From Tortispora ganteri (taxonomy: Eukaryota): DNA of 64,000 nucleotides. The notes beneath the pieces are model-generated. The model saw only the letters and a program-made list of their open reading frames with translations. It was not told the origin of the DNA and did no database searches. Numbering within the stretch: position 1 is the first letter of the stretch; every line of letters starts with the position of its first letter. A program made the translations under genes and the position numbers. This document shows positions 39,665-49,835 of this stretch, piece by piece. The stretch spans positions 62,001-126,000 of the forward strand of contig PPNB01000022.1 in NCBI GenBank assembly GCA_003707115.1. The letters run 5' to 3'.

Positions 39665-41298
39665 GAAAGAAACGAAGGGGGAATATTGGAGCAAATCTCA
39701 ACATAATCTTGGAAGGAGGCGGACGGTTTGCGGCCAGCCCAAAAGGCGCACCAATTTGAATCGGGAATTTTGTAGGATCCTTTGCATCGTTCGAAGTACC
39801 ATTTATTAACTGGATTTGTCTTTCTTGATCTCCATATGACCTCGTCGGGGAACAGTCTAAGGACCATTGCTTTGAACACGATATCTGCCACGCCAGTTGA
39901 TCCTTGTGCGGATTTGGCTACGCCTATTTTATCTAAGTAAGGCACTATTTTGCCCGATGAGTTTGCCTTCTCGTATGTGATGATCGCACCGCCTGCATAT
40001 GTGTTGTCTGAGTCGATCGCCAGTATGATAGCCGCAACATTGTTGTCAACTCTACTGAGATAAGACTCGACGTCTAGTTTCTTTCCGAAAGAGTCCTCGA
40101 GCATTTGGATAAGGAGATCCAAATCTATTTCGTGGCAGTTTTTAAGAGAAAATCCTGAGTTATAGTCGGCTCGAACGATCTTTAGGGGCATGCCGCGTCG
40201 CAGGATTGTAGTGTTGAGCGTGGGCGTGCGTATGTTATCCAGTGGCAGGGAAGGAGAAGCTATGGGTCTATCGGTAAGCAGATTATAGACGACTGGATTT
40301 CGAGTAGAGTTGCCGATAGCTATTTCCGGGGTGGTAATGATACCAGTTGATGTTGTAGGGAGGACTGAGAGGATTGCGAACATTGCCTTGACATTTTCTA
40401 TATGTATATTTACGTCGTCTGGTGATATTTTTGAGCCTGCTAAAGCTGTGAGATCATAGATGATTTCGTCGTACTCCTGTAAGAGGTTGATAAAGAAATG
40501 AGCGCCGAGGTTTCGTTCAGAGGAAGGCACTCCACCGAGTGGTTCGACGAAGATGGTCTTGTCGACAGGTATATGGTACTTTGTGAGCATTTTGGCAAGC
40601 GCGAGGACAATGGAGTTGAGATCAGATCTGACGGAGACGTTACGTGTGGGCGAGTAGACAACATTGGTGATGACAGGGATGGCATCGCGCGAAAGCGGGT
40701 GTATGAGTCTTTTAGGGAGTGCAACATCTAGCGGAATAATCGAGGCCGGATCAAAGGAGACTGGTGTAGGAGAAACTGATGGTAGATCTAGGTGATCAGT
40801 TTCGTCAAATATACCGTCGAGTAAGCGGAACCTCTGACGATTTGTGGAGTTGCTGATGAACTTGTTAACAAACTCTGCATCTGCATCTACGACAAGAATT
40901 GACCTGAGACCGAGTGTATTAAGCTTGATCAGTGTAGCGGCGAGCATTTGCAGTGTGGCGTGATTGTGTTGGTCAAAATTGCGTACCTTGAAAATAGCCG
41001 AACGGAAGCCCGGGTTAAGTTCATTTGCGAACGCCTTTATTTCTTGAGGTGAGAAAAACGCTGGTACTTTTGCATGATGTTCAACTTCTAATGCTGTGCT
41101 CAATTGAGCGTTCTCTTTATCGTCACTACTAAATCGTTGCAGGTACTGTCTAGCATCGCGCTTAGTAGCCGACGATTGGAGCACGGTAGTGATAAGATCA
41201 CGTGTTCTATCTTTTGGGGTGTTGTAGGTGCGTGAAAACAGTCTAGTGAATTGTACATAATATGCGTTTCGCTGTAGATGTTTGTATTGTATTAGCAT
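39661..41298 (-). CDS. ARG2: Mitochondrial N-acetylglutamate synthase Arg2
   Basis: VLQSSATKRDARQYL, PLGGVPS, HFFINLLQEY, NLLTDRP..SPSLP, YLDK, WRSRKTNPVNKWYFER; ATG at 41298. Confidence 0.92.
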   Translation of the reverse strand: MLIQYKHLQRNAYYVQFTRLFSRTYNTPKDRTRDLITTVLQSSATKRDARQYLQRFSSDDKENAQLSTALEVEHHAKVPAFFSPQEIKAFANELNPGFRSAIFKVRNFDQHNHATLQMLAATLIKLNTLGLRSILVVDADAEFVNKFISNSTNRQRFRLLDGIFDETDHLDLPSVSPTPVSFDPASIIPLDVALPKRLIHPLSRDAIPVITNVVYSPTRNVSVRSDLNSIVLALAKMLTKYHIPVDKTIFVEPLGGVPSSERNLGAHFFINLLQEYDEIIYDLTALAGSKISPDDVNIHIENVKAMFAILSVLPTTSTGIITTPEIAIGNSTRNPVVYNLLTDRPIASPSLPLDNIRTPTLNTTILRRGMPLKIVRADYNSGFSLKNCHEIDLDLLIQMLEDSFGKKLDVESYLSRVDNNVAAIILAIDSDNTYAGGAIITYEKANSSGKIVPYLDKIGVAKSAQGSTGVADIVFKAMVLRLFPDEVIWRSRKTNPVNKWYFERCKGSYKIPDSNWCAFWAGRKPSASFQDYVEICSNIPPSFLS

Positions 41299-41434
41299 TA
41301 AAATGTGGTGAGTGGGTTGGTGGATGTTGGAGAAGTCTCCCTGATCGATAGAAGAGAAAGAAGAAGTAAGTATGTTACGTTGCCAATGTGAAGCTCTATT
41401 GTGGGTAGTAGTAGTATTAGTATTGTGTAACCAT

Positions 41435-42142
41435 TTAAAGTTTTGAGATGCTGTCTGCGAAATCGGCCATTGAATTGAAGACCAAGTCATAAGCTGGCAT
41501 TTTGTGTACTTCAGGTGTAGCTCCCCAACCGGGATCATCGTAGCGTCGATTTATCCAGACTGTCTTGAGACCTATCTCCTTGGCCGGGACGTGATCGTGG
41601 TACAGGCTTTGTGCGACATGAAGTATCTGAGCAGGGTAGATTCCGTGTGTCTGCTTAAGGTAGTTTAGCAAGAAATGAAAGTTCCTGGGATCAGGTTTGT
41701 ACGATCCGACGTCCTGTGCGGTTATGACGTCGTCAAATTCTATACCGAGTCGTGCTTCACTTGCACGGAATGATACACGGTCAACGTTCGACAGTACAAC
41801 AAGCCGGTATTTCTGTTTCAAGGTCCTGAGTGCGCGAGCAGAGTCTAGAAATGCGGGCCAGTCAGGAACCGAGGCGCCAAATGTGTTCGCTTCTATGCTA
41901 GTCACCGGCAGGTTCCATTCATCGGCGAGCATATGATATACAACAGACAATAGCTGCGAGTATACCATCTGCGGTGTTCGTTTCTGCTGATACGACTCGA
42001 GCCTAGCAAATGTCGTCAGCACATCTTCACGAGATATAGAGGCACGTCTTTCAATCAAAGGTCTGAGTGCTTCATAAATGCCAGTTTCCCAATCGATGAG
42101 TGTACCGTAGGTGTCAAATACGAGACATGTAATATCATTCAT
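41435..42142 (-). CDS. Haloacid dehalogenase type II-like HAD hydrolase
   Basis: FDTYGTLIDWETG, WPAF.DS, LSNVD, TAQDVGSYKP, HVAQSLYHDHVPA; ATG at 42142. Confidence 0.9.
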   Translation of the reverse strand: MNDITCLVFDTYGTLIDWETGIYEALRPLIERRASISREDVLTTFARLESYQQKRTPQMVYSQLLSVVYHMLADEWNLPVTSIEANTFGASVPDWPAFLDSARALRTLKQKYRLVVLSNVDRVSFRASEARLGIEFDDVITAQDVGSYKPDPRNFHFLLNYLKQTHGIYPAQILHVAQSLYHDHVPAKEIGLKTVWINRRYDDPGWGATPEVHKMPAYDLVFNSMADFADSISKL

Positions 42143-42318
42143 ATTGTAGTCGAAGTTTAAGTTAATCAGAGAAGAAAAAAAAGAAAGTAATTTTTTAACC
42201 AACTTTTATAAATTATCTTCTTTATATTTTTAATTAATTTTTCAATATATTTGTACATTGATTCTAGGTGTCATTATTGTTACCTTGAACCAACTACTAC
42301 TTTACCTTCACCTACACC

Positions 42319-43308
42319 ATGAACACATTATTTGATGTCGAAGGATGGAACGTATCCAAGAACGTCCAACCTGAACTCAAAAAGAAAAAGAAAGACAAAA
42401 AAATTAGCAAACCGAAAAAGAAAAGAAAGAATGTTGAAGACAAACCTATGAAGGTTGTGCCAATCGAAAGAAATTCAGTCGTAGAGGAATCGAAAAATTT
42501 GATTAAAAAAGAGACCCCCAAATTAACACCATTACAAGAGAAAATGGCGGCAAAACTCTCAGGAGCACGGTTCAGGTGGATCAATGAACAACTGTACACT
42601 TGTTCATCTGAAAAAGCCATGGAACTCCTGAAAGAAGATCCAGAAATGTACGATAGATACCATATAGGATTTCGCAAACAGGTAGAGAACTGGCCTCAGA
42701 ATCCTGTCAATATCTTTATAGAGAAACTCCAAGATATGTTTAAAGCAAGACAACTACCTCATTCTGGTGGCAAGACTGTCATCGCTGACATGGGCTGTGG
42801 CGACGCAACTATTGCATCCAGCCTAGACCGACCACCGTACTCGAAGAAGTTACTAATTCATTCCTTTGATCTTCAAAAGACTAATAAATATGTTACCGTT
42901 TCAGACGTCTCTAAGACTCCATTAGCTGATGAGGAAGTAAATGTCGTCATTTTCTGTCTCTCACTGATGGGCACCAACTTTCTGGACTTCATCACGGAGG
43001 CCTGGCGTATCCTTAAACAACGTGGATTCCTGTGGATTGCCGAAATTAAATCGCGCTTTACAGACTCCGATGGCAGCCAGTTTGTGGATGCTCTGAAAGC
43101 TATTGGGTTTAAACATATTGATACAGATGATTCAAATACTCATTTTATCATATTCCAGTTCACTAAACCTATTCCAAGAGATGAACGCAGAGGCGCTCCT
43201 AAACTCAAATTCACGGATCCTGAAGCCTATGTTAACCTTCAAAAGAAGCGCGAGACTGCTCCGGAAGGCAAGTGGCTGCTTAAACCGTGTCTATACAAGA
43301 AGCGATAG
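42319..43308 (+). CDS. RRP8: 25S rRNA adenine-N1 methyltransferase Rrp8
   Basis: LTPLQEKM..KLSGARFRWINEQLY, IADMGCG, FCLSLMGTN, IAEIKSRF, LKPCLYKKR. Confidence 0.95.
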   Translation: MNTLFDVEGWNVSKNVQPELKKKKKDKKISKPKKKRKNVEDKPMKVVPIERNSVVEESKNLIKKETPKLTPLQEKMAAKLSGARFRWINEQLYTCSSEKAMELLKEDPEMYDRYHIGFRKQVENWPQNPVNIFIEKLQDMFKARQLPHSGGKTVIADMGCGDATIASSLDRPPYSKKLLIHSFDLQKTNKYVTVSDVSKTPLADEEVNVVIFCLSLMGTNFLDFITEAWRILKQRGFLWIAEIKSRFTDSDGSQFVDALKAIGFKHIDTDDSNTHFIIFQFTKPIPRDERRGAPKLKFTDPEAYVNLQKKRETAPEGKWLLKPCLYKKR

Positions 43309-43331
43309 ACGTCGCAACGTTAGATTCAACT

Positions 43332-44000
43332 TCACGCGCTGTCCACAGGCTTATACTTAGTGCGGTACTCGTCAATCGCAGCCTTGTACTGCTCTGGAAT
43401 CATTTCAGCGCCTTCTACGAGGAAATCGTCGACAGTGAGAATACATTTGATCGGAATATTGTACTCTGTGCTAAGCGCTTGGATCGTTGAAGGGCTAGGC
43501 TCATCCTTAATCCTCTCCATGCGGTCCAATATAAGTACAATGGCCACTATCGAGCCACCTTCGCTCGATATTATTGGAGTGGATTCTCGCACTGCTTTTC
43601 CTGAAGTCATTACATCGTCTATGAGCAGAACACGCTTACCCTGCATTGAATGGCCCACCAGTACACCACCTTCGCCGTGGTCTTTGGCTTCCTTTCTGTT
43701 GAACGCGTAGCCAACGTTACCGTACTTTTCCGGTGCGAGCTCTGCTAGTTTGAGTGCAGTAGTGCTTGCGAGCGGAATGCCTTTATACGCGGGTCCGAAT
43801 AGCACATCAAACTCGATGCCGCTATCTATAATTGTTCTAGCGTAGGCCGTCGCCAGCGCGGACAGATGTGCACCAGTATTGAACTTACCGGCATTAAAGA
43901 AGTATGGAGATACACGGCCGGATTTCAGCGTGAACTCACCGAAATACAGCATACCGCCATCAATGGCAGTTTTGATTAGATCGCTTTTGTAAGAAGACAT
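43332..44000 (-). CDS. URA5: Orotate phosphoribosyltransferase
   Basis: FGEFTLKSGRVSPYFFNAG, LFGPAYKGIPL, NRKEAKDHGEGG, IDDVMTSG. Confidence 0.96.
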   Translation of the reverse strand: MSSYKSDLIKTAIDGGMLYFGEFTLKSGRVSPYFFNAGKFNTGAHLSALATAYARTIIDSGIEFDVLFGPAYKGIPLASTTALKLAELAPEKYGNVGYAFNRKEAKDHGEGGVLVGHSMQGKRVLLIDDVMTSGKAVRESTPIISSEGGSIVAIVLILDRMERIKDEPSPSTIQALSTEYNIPIKCILTVDDFLVEGAEMIPEQYKAAIDEYRTKYKPVDSA

Positions 44001-44205
44001 TTCTCAGAAGCTTAGATACGAAATTCAGGTTCTTTTTTTAAAAAAATTACCGTAAACCTTAACAGCCGTGCAATCAAACCTTTGCCTGAAAAGGGATATA
44101 TGCCTTTTAGCCCAAAATGACACTTTTGACGATTACCCGCGTACAACTGCACCGTTTGAACTTTTTGCGTGGTTGTTTTCTTTCTTTATTTTTTAACTTA
44201 GTTGA

Positions 44206-45978
44206 ATGAAAATTACCCAAAAGCTTGAAACGGCTTCAAAACCGTCGTACTCTTTCGAGTACTTCGTGCCAAAAACATCACAGGGTCTACACAACCTGTA
44301 TGACCGTATGGACCGTATGTACCTCCTCGGCCCGCAGTTTATAGATATCACATGGAATGCCGGGGGCTCAAACGGCTCCCATTTAACACCCGAAATGGTC
44401 GCAACTGCACAGTCTATATATGGTCTTGAAACGTGTATGCACTTAACTTGTACGAGGATGCCACCCGAGAAGGTCGATGAGGCCCTCGACGCTGCCTACG
44501 AATCCGGGTGCAACAACATCCTTGCGCTCAGAGGCGACAAACCTGATGAGGACGATATGAAGAATGGCGAAGACCATTTCACCTATGCTGTAGATCTTGT
44601 CAGACACATACGATCACGTTTTGGCGACCATTTCGATATTGGCGTTGCCGGATACCCGGAAGGCCACGATGAGCAAGACGATTCCAGTTTGCTCATGCAA
44701 CATTTAAAAGAAAAAGTAGATGCCGGCGCAACATTTATAATTACTCAAATGTTCTATGACGTTGACAGATTTCTTGTATGGGTGCAGGAATGTCGAGCTG
44801 CTGGCATCACTGTCCCTATTATCCCTGGCATCATGCCAATCTCTACATACGCAGCCTTCATACGCCGCGCGACCTGGTGCAAGGTAGTGGTTCCAGATTA
44901 TTTTATGCAGGCTATAGAACCACATAAAGACGACGATGCCAAGGTCAGAGATATTGGTGCCGACTTGGTCGCCGACATGTGCCGCAAGATATTGGCTGCA
45001 GGGATCACACATTTACATTTTTACACTATGAACCTCGAAAAGGCTACTTGCATGATCCTTGATCGCCTCGGTATTACTCCCGAAGTTGACGCTGTCAATC
45101 CGCTGCCTTGGCGCCAGTCTTTAGCACGTAACCGCCGCAGCGAGAATGTTCGCCCTATTTTCTGGAAGAATAGGAAACTGTCTTACATTGCGCGAACACA
45201 GGACTGGGATGAGTTTCCAAACGGTAGATGGGGTGACTCAAGGTCTCCTGCTTATGGTGATCTGGACATAAACGGCGTGGCTTTCCGGCTAGTGACGTCT
45301 CAGAAGGCGGCGCAGCAGTGGGGTGAGCCTAAGACCATTGGCGACATCAGTGAGTTGTTTGTGAAGTACGTCAAGGGTGAGCTTTCAGCTTTGCCATGGT
45401 CTGATTCGCCTATTTCACCTGAAGTCAACTGCATCCAGGATCGGCTTATTGAACTTGACCAGAGAGGGCTGTTGACGATCAACTGTCAGCCTGCGATCAA
45501 TGGTGTACCGTCTAGCGATCCAGTGCACGGTTGGGGTCCCAAAAACGGTTACGTGTACCAGAAGGCATATCTTGAGCTGCTTCTTCCTCCAAATGTCGTG
45601 GACCAGCTGATAGCTCGTGTCAATCAAGTTAATAGCAAGCAAAATGACGTTGTCACGTACTACTGTGTGAACAGCAACGGCGATCTCAGAACGAATTCCG
45701 TGGAAGACGGCCCTACCGCTGTCACGTGGGGTATATTCCCTGGAAAAGAGGTCATTCAGCCGACAATAGTAGAATCGACCTCGTTCATGGCATGGAAGGA
45801 TGAGGCATACAGACTGGCCGGTGAGTGGGCCAAATGCTATCCTGCTTCTTCGCCTGCACGAGCGCTTATAGAAACCATTGCTGAATCATGGTGCTTGATT
45901 AACATTGTGCACAACAACTATTTTGATAAGACAGCAATTTTCGATCTGTTCGATGGCATATCTGCACTGCCGACGTGA
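44206..45978 (+). CDS. MET13: Methylenetetrahydrofolate reductase Met13
   Basis: SFEYFVPKTSQG..NLYDRMDRM, MHLTC, NILALRGD, GYPEGH, WDEFPNGRWGDSRSPAYG, AVTWGIFPGKE. Confidence 0.94.
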   Translation: MKITQKLETASKPSYSFEYFVPKTSQGLHNLYDRMDRMYLLGPQFIDITWNAGGSNGSHLTPEMVATAQSIYGLETCMHLTCTRMPPEKVDEALDAAYESGCNNILALRGDKPDEDDMKNGEDHFTYAVDLVRHIRSRFGDHFDIGVAGYPEGHDEQDDSSLLMQHLKEKVDAGATFIITQMFYDVDRFLVWVQECRAAGITVPIIPGIMPISTYAAFIRRATWCKVVVPDYFMQAIEPHKDDDAKVRDIGADLVADMCRKILAAGITHLHFYTMNLEKATCMILDRLGITPEVDAVNPLPWRQSLARNRRSENVRPIFWKNRKLSYIARTQDWDEFPNGRWGDSRSPAYGDLDINGVAFRLVTSQKAAQQWGEPKTIGDISELFVKYVKGELSALPWSDSPISPEVNCIQDRLIELDQRGLLTINCQPAINGVPSSDPVHGWGPKNGYVYQKAYLELLLPPNVVDQLIARVNQVNSKQNDVVTYYCVNSNGDLRTNSVEDGPTAVTWGIFPGKEVIQPTIVESTSFMAWKDEAYRLAGEWAKCYPASSPARALIETIAESWCLINIVHNNYFDKTAIFDLFDGISALPT

Positions 45979-46409
45979 ACCGTGGACGCCTAGACCAAAA
46001 AGCCTAATGCTTCTCACAAGCCTACAGACGACCAGTCACATGACAGCCGCTGTCCATCACGCCGCTCACTTACAACATATTTTCCTTTTTTAACGACGTT
46101 CAACACATTCTTTAATTTTTGCAACCTTCATTCTGCTTGATTTTCAAACCAGACTCAACACACTGGCTTGCAATACAATCTATGACCCACTTATACGTTC
46201 GATAGCCTTTAAACCTTATTCTAGATTAACGAAACACTATTGGCCGATACCGCTGAACGGCCCCCCTCCCCCCACCTCCGCAAGCCTGTCTGCCAGATAC
46301 ACCTTTACAACTTTGTCAGCGCGGTATTCTAAGATTTCTGATTCGCTCTGTATAACGAATTTGCGCTGCTATTGCTATATTGTGAACGGCTAACAGATAT
46401 TGATTGATC

Positions 46410-48116
46410 ATGGCTAGAGATGCCAATCTGCCTTCGAAGTCTATACGTGGATTGAGCTGGTTCCACAAACAACAGGATCAAGCAGACAAGAAAGAATCTG
46501 CTGCTGGACGTGCTTCAGGCATTAACGAGCGGCACGGGCCTCTACCGCGCCAGAATTCATCTGTCGGACCGCTGGATACAAGCCATTCAACAAAACCATC
46601 AGCACATATACATCGAAATGACCCCTCATACAAGATTACACCTCTTACAGAAGACAGCCGCACTGCGAAGGCGTCAATCAATGTGGCCACTGGTAGCAAC
46701 CCCAATGTTCCGAACCCACATCGCAGAGATTCTAATCCGGCCATTAAAGAGGACAATACGCTAGTACCTGTAGACTCAAGGGGATCTGGCAGCATTCGAT
46801 CTGGTCTCGCGGGGGTTTATGCTCCGCAGCGTACGCCGTCGCGACCCTCCTCTATTATTTCGGGCATCTCAGGACGCTATTCACAATCGCGCAAGTCGCG
46901 GCGGTCGCTGGATGACCTGAAACCAACAATGCGTGTGCCTACATTTAGTTCGATAGTGTCTGAAGACACTTCGTCCTTCGATTCTAACCCTACAAGCGAC
47001 TACTCGCTAGAACGGATCTCATCAGAACAGCGCCAGCAGATGTGGGAGAGTTTTCTGCGGTTTGAGGAGAACACACTAGTGTCTGATGCTGTGACTTATG
47101 GACAGATACGCAAGGAGGCCTGGCTTCAACACACACATACGTTCTCGGGAAAATCGCTGGACTCTGAAATGACTGATTTGTGGCTTATGACTGCGCTGCG
47201 GTACTTCTTCAATGGACAGCATCTGTTCTCGCCAGCTAAGGACGATATTACGCTTGTCCCTAAAGGTGGCAAAGCTAGACATGTATTAGACATCCAAGGT
47301 CTTGTTTCTTCGCAATGGACGTGGCAAATTGCCCTAGACCATCCTAGTCTGCTGATTTTTGGACTACAGTTTCAGCCTACGCGATCGAACCGACCTTCTG
47401 TGTCATCAGGTGATACCTCAAGTGGCAGTTTTGTCTCAGCAGAGCAAGGGGTAGCCAATACAATCTCAGGAGAGACACTGGCGACGAGTACTACGACGAA
47501 TTCGGCAGCGCGAGAATCGGAGCTTTCGCAGGACGCCGAAGAACTCGGAGGCTTATATGGACCAACTAACTACCAGCATTTATACACAGCAGACCTTTGT
47601 ACACTGCCGTTCCCTGATGATTTCTTTGACGTGATCACTTCTAAGAGCATATGGTACTTACTGCGGACGAAGGACATAGGACGCTTCATGAAAGAGGTGT
47701 ACCGGGTGCTGAAGCCCGGTGGATATGTAGAAATGATTGGAGTAAATCTACAGATTATTCCAGAGTCAAAAAACGAGATGGTTCAAGAAGCTATGGCGAT
47801 GCTGAAGAGCGGGCTGGAAGAAGTTGGGCTGTCTGTTGACTCGAGCGAGAATTATTTGCATGCGATGAATGAATGTGGACTGATCGATATAAACGAGGCA
47901 CACTGGCTGCTGCCTTTGGGATGGGGTGGTAATATTCGGCACGTTTCTGAATTTCTAGGATTCCATTATTTGCAAGTTATGTTTTCTAATTTCACGAGGA
48001 TTACACGAGGACACATGACGAGTCTGTTTCATTATTTATCTACAAGCGAGGCGCGCGGGGAGCCAAATGTGATTGGGCTGAGTCTTGGATATGGACAAAA
48101 GCCACTTAATAAGTAG
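46410..48116 (+). CDS. Fungal protein with disordered N-terminus and C-terminal class I methyltransferase-like domain
   Basis: HVLDIQG...WTWQIA, LPFPDDFFDVI, EVYRVLKPGGYVE; glycine-rich motif I is degenerate. Confidence 0.8.
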   Translation: MARDANLPSKSIRGLSWFHKQQDQADKKESAAGRASGINERHGPLPRQNSSVGPLDTSHSTKPSAHIHRNDPSYKITPLTEDSRTAKASINVATGSNPNVPNPHRRDSNPAIKEDNTLVPVDSRGSGSIRSGLAGVYAPQRTPSRPSSIISGISGRYSQSRKSRRSLDDLKPTMRVPTFSSIVSEDTSSFDSNPTSDYSLERISSEQRQQMWESFLRFEENTLVSDAVTYGQIRKEAWLQHTHTFSGKSLDSEMTDLWLMTALRYFFNGQHLFSPAKDDITLVPKGGKARHVLDIQGLVSSQWTWQIALDHPSLLIFGLQFQPTRSNRPSVSSGDTSSGSFVSAEQGVANTISGETLATSTTTNSAARESELSQDAEELGGLYGPTNYQHLYTADLCTLPFPDDFFDVITSKSIWYLLRTKDIGRFMKEVYRVLKPGGYVEMIGVNLQIIPESKNEMVQEAMAMLKSGLEEVGLSVDSSENYLHAMNECGLIDINEAHWLLPLGWGGNIRHVSEFLGFHYLQVMFSNFTRITRGHMTSLFHYLSTSEARGEPNVIGLSLGYGQKPLNK

Positions 48117-48119
48117 TCA

Positions 48120-48383
48120 TTATGACATACTCTTTAGGAAATTAGCTGTACGTATATTTTTACGGTTTTTAGCTCTCCATTCTTTTCTGGCCATTTTTTC
48201 CGGGTCTTGAGAGAGTCGTTGTTTTTGCGCCTCAGGGTCAAGTAATGTCCATAACCAGTCCGGGTATTCATTATCTGGTTTAGCTAGTGGATCTGTACCA
48301 TTCTTTTTGAGATTTATACCTTTTAATATAGTACCCTGTGCAATAGTGGAATTGTAGCGTACAAATCGTTGTATTTTGAGCAT
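48120..48383 (-). CDS. MRPL37: Mitochondrial ribosomal protein mL54
   Basis: GTILKGIN..KNGTDPLAKPDNEYPDWLWTLL, NR..IR.ANFL. Confidence 0.92.
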   Translation of the reverse strand: MLKIQRFVRYNSTIAQGTILKGINLKKNGTDPLAKPDNEYPDWLWTLLDPEAQKQRLSQDPEKMARKEWRAKNRKNIRTANFLKSMS

Positions 48384-48553
48384 TTTGGTAGTTGAAGTAG
48401 ATTAGAAAGCTGAAAGTGTCCCAAGATGTTGAAATTTCACACTAAAGGCTATAGCTAAACCTACTAGTCAATCTTGTTGGTGATTCTAAAAAAGTCTGTT
48501 ATATAAAGGTAAAAACTATACGTATAATTACATTTAAAAAAAACACTCAAAAA

Positions 48554-49108
48554 ATGGAGCATAGTGCAGCTGTGGTATCATACTTGGCTGAGGAACAACT
48601 TGTGAGTATCGTACCACGACAATCAATGGAAAGTATTACTTTAATTGGGCGGTCAATGCCCGCATTACGGCCGTTGGTGCGAAAGGAAGTGCCATTATGG
48701 CTCGCATTACTACTTAAACGACACGGCAAATGTTCAATCGTCGCTCCTGCGTGGCTGGATATAGAAAACTTGCGGTATATTTATGAACAGGAACAAGTCA
48801 ATAGGAATAGATTCTCAAAGCTGCCTGAGCACTGGATTGAAACTAGCGAGCTATTGCTCAACGAGGCTGCAGACGACATATCCAGTGAACCGCACACTAT
48901 AAGAGCGCTCCTACAAGATATCAAGGAAATCCGTCAGAGCAAAGCACGTGAAGGAATGGGCCAACTTACAAGTTCTTACATTCAATTAGACAACCTAGGA
49001 CGCATGGAGATTCATGAGCTTCGCGGATTTATGACCGGTATAATGAGACAATTACATAAGTTGGACAGTTTCATAGAACAACCTACTAGCGATTATGATG
49101 ACGATTAA
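48554..49108 (+). CDS. PSF2: GINS complex subunit Psf2
   Basis: YLAEEQLVSIVPR, VPLWLALLLK..KC.IVAP.WL, LP.HW.E, LLQDIKEIRQSK, LDNLG.MEI.ELR. Confidence 0.94.
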   Translation: MEHSAAVVSYLAEEQLVSIVPRQSMESITLIGRSMPALRPLVRKEVPLWLALLLKRHGKCSIVAPAWLDIENLRYIYEQEQVNRNRFSKLPEHWIETSELLLNEAADDISSEPHTIRALLQDIKEIRQSKAREGMGQLTSSYIQLDNLGRMEIHELRGFMTGIMRQLHKLDSFIEQPTSDYDDD

Positions 49109-49155
49109 ACAAGACATGCTTGATGCTATGTACCTATATGTACTCTTCTTACCTT

Positions 49156-49650
49156 CTACGAACTCACTCTCTCCCCGTTTATGCTTATGACCACCACAGC
49201 AACATCGCCGCACACGAATTTACGTGAATCGTCAGTACTGTGCTCGGTAACTTTCTTCAGAAAGAATTCGCGTTCAGAGGGTTCTTCAATAATACTCGCA
49301 GTTCCACTTAATGTCACCGACACCGATCCACGTTCGTTGCGGTTTATAGCTTGGAGAATCTGCTCCAGACTACCTGATTCCGCCATAGAGGTCGCACTCG
49401 TCCAATCATGGATTAATAAAGATACCTTGGGATTTTTTACCATATTCAAATACTTTTTGCTGCTCTTTTGTGTAACAATTACAATAGACGGGCTGCTCAC
49501 GTATGGAGTCCCGCTCTCACCATCTACTAGCAGGTAGTTCATCAGCGACACATGCGGCTCATCCTTATAACTCGTGCCTAAATGCAGATATTTCGCAGAT
49601 TCAATCGTCTCCTTCACCTCATCACTCAATTTGTAGACAGCATTAGTCAT
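49156..49650 (-). CDS. Pyridoxamine 5'-phosphate oxidase-like FMN-binding protein (YLR456W/YPR172W-like)
   Basis: YLHLGT..D.PHVSLMNY, SKKY.N..NPKVSLLIHDW, SVSVTLSG.A; ATG at 49650. Confidence 0.85.
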   Translation of the reverse strand: MTNAVYKLSDEVKETIESAKYLHLGTSYKDEPHVSLMNYLLVDGESGTPYVSSPSIVIVTQKSSKKYLNMVKNPKVSLLIHDWTSATSMAESGSLEQILQAINRNERGSVSVTLSGTASIIEEPSEREFFLKKVTEHSTDDSRKFVCGDVAVVVISINGERVSS

Positions 49651-49835
49651 TTTTATAGCGATTTCTTTATTCTGCTGCTGCGTCACTTTCGATCTAATCA
49701 GGCACAGCTATGGGCCAAGTTCGCAATTCTGTCATTTGTGAACAATTGAAAGCCGGGTAACTTCATCCCCTCCTGCAATCCATCGACCCTATTATACTCG
49801 TCTCGAATGACTACAACCTGCATCTGCACGCTTTC

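Noticed and set aside
49109..49170. GTGAGT/GTAAGA donor-like sites or stop readthrough at the end of the PNPO-like gene
   Set aside because: No branch point and acceptor in the space before PSF2; the protein is near full length as read
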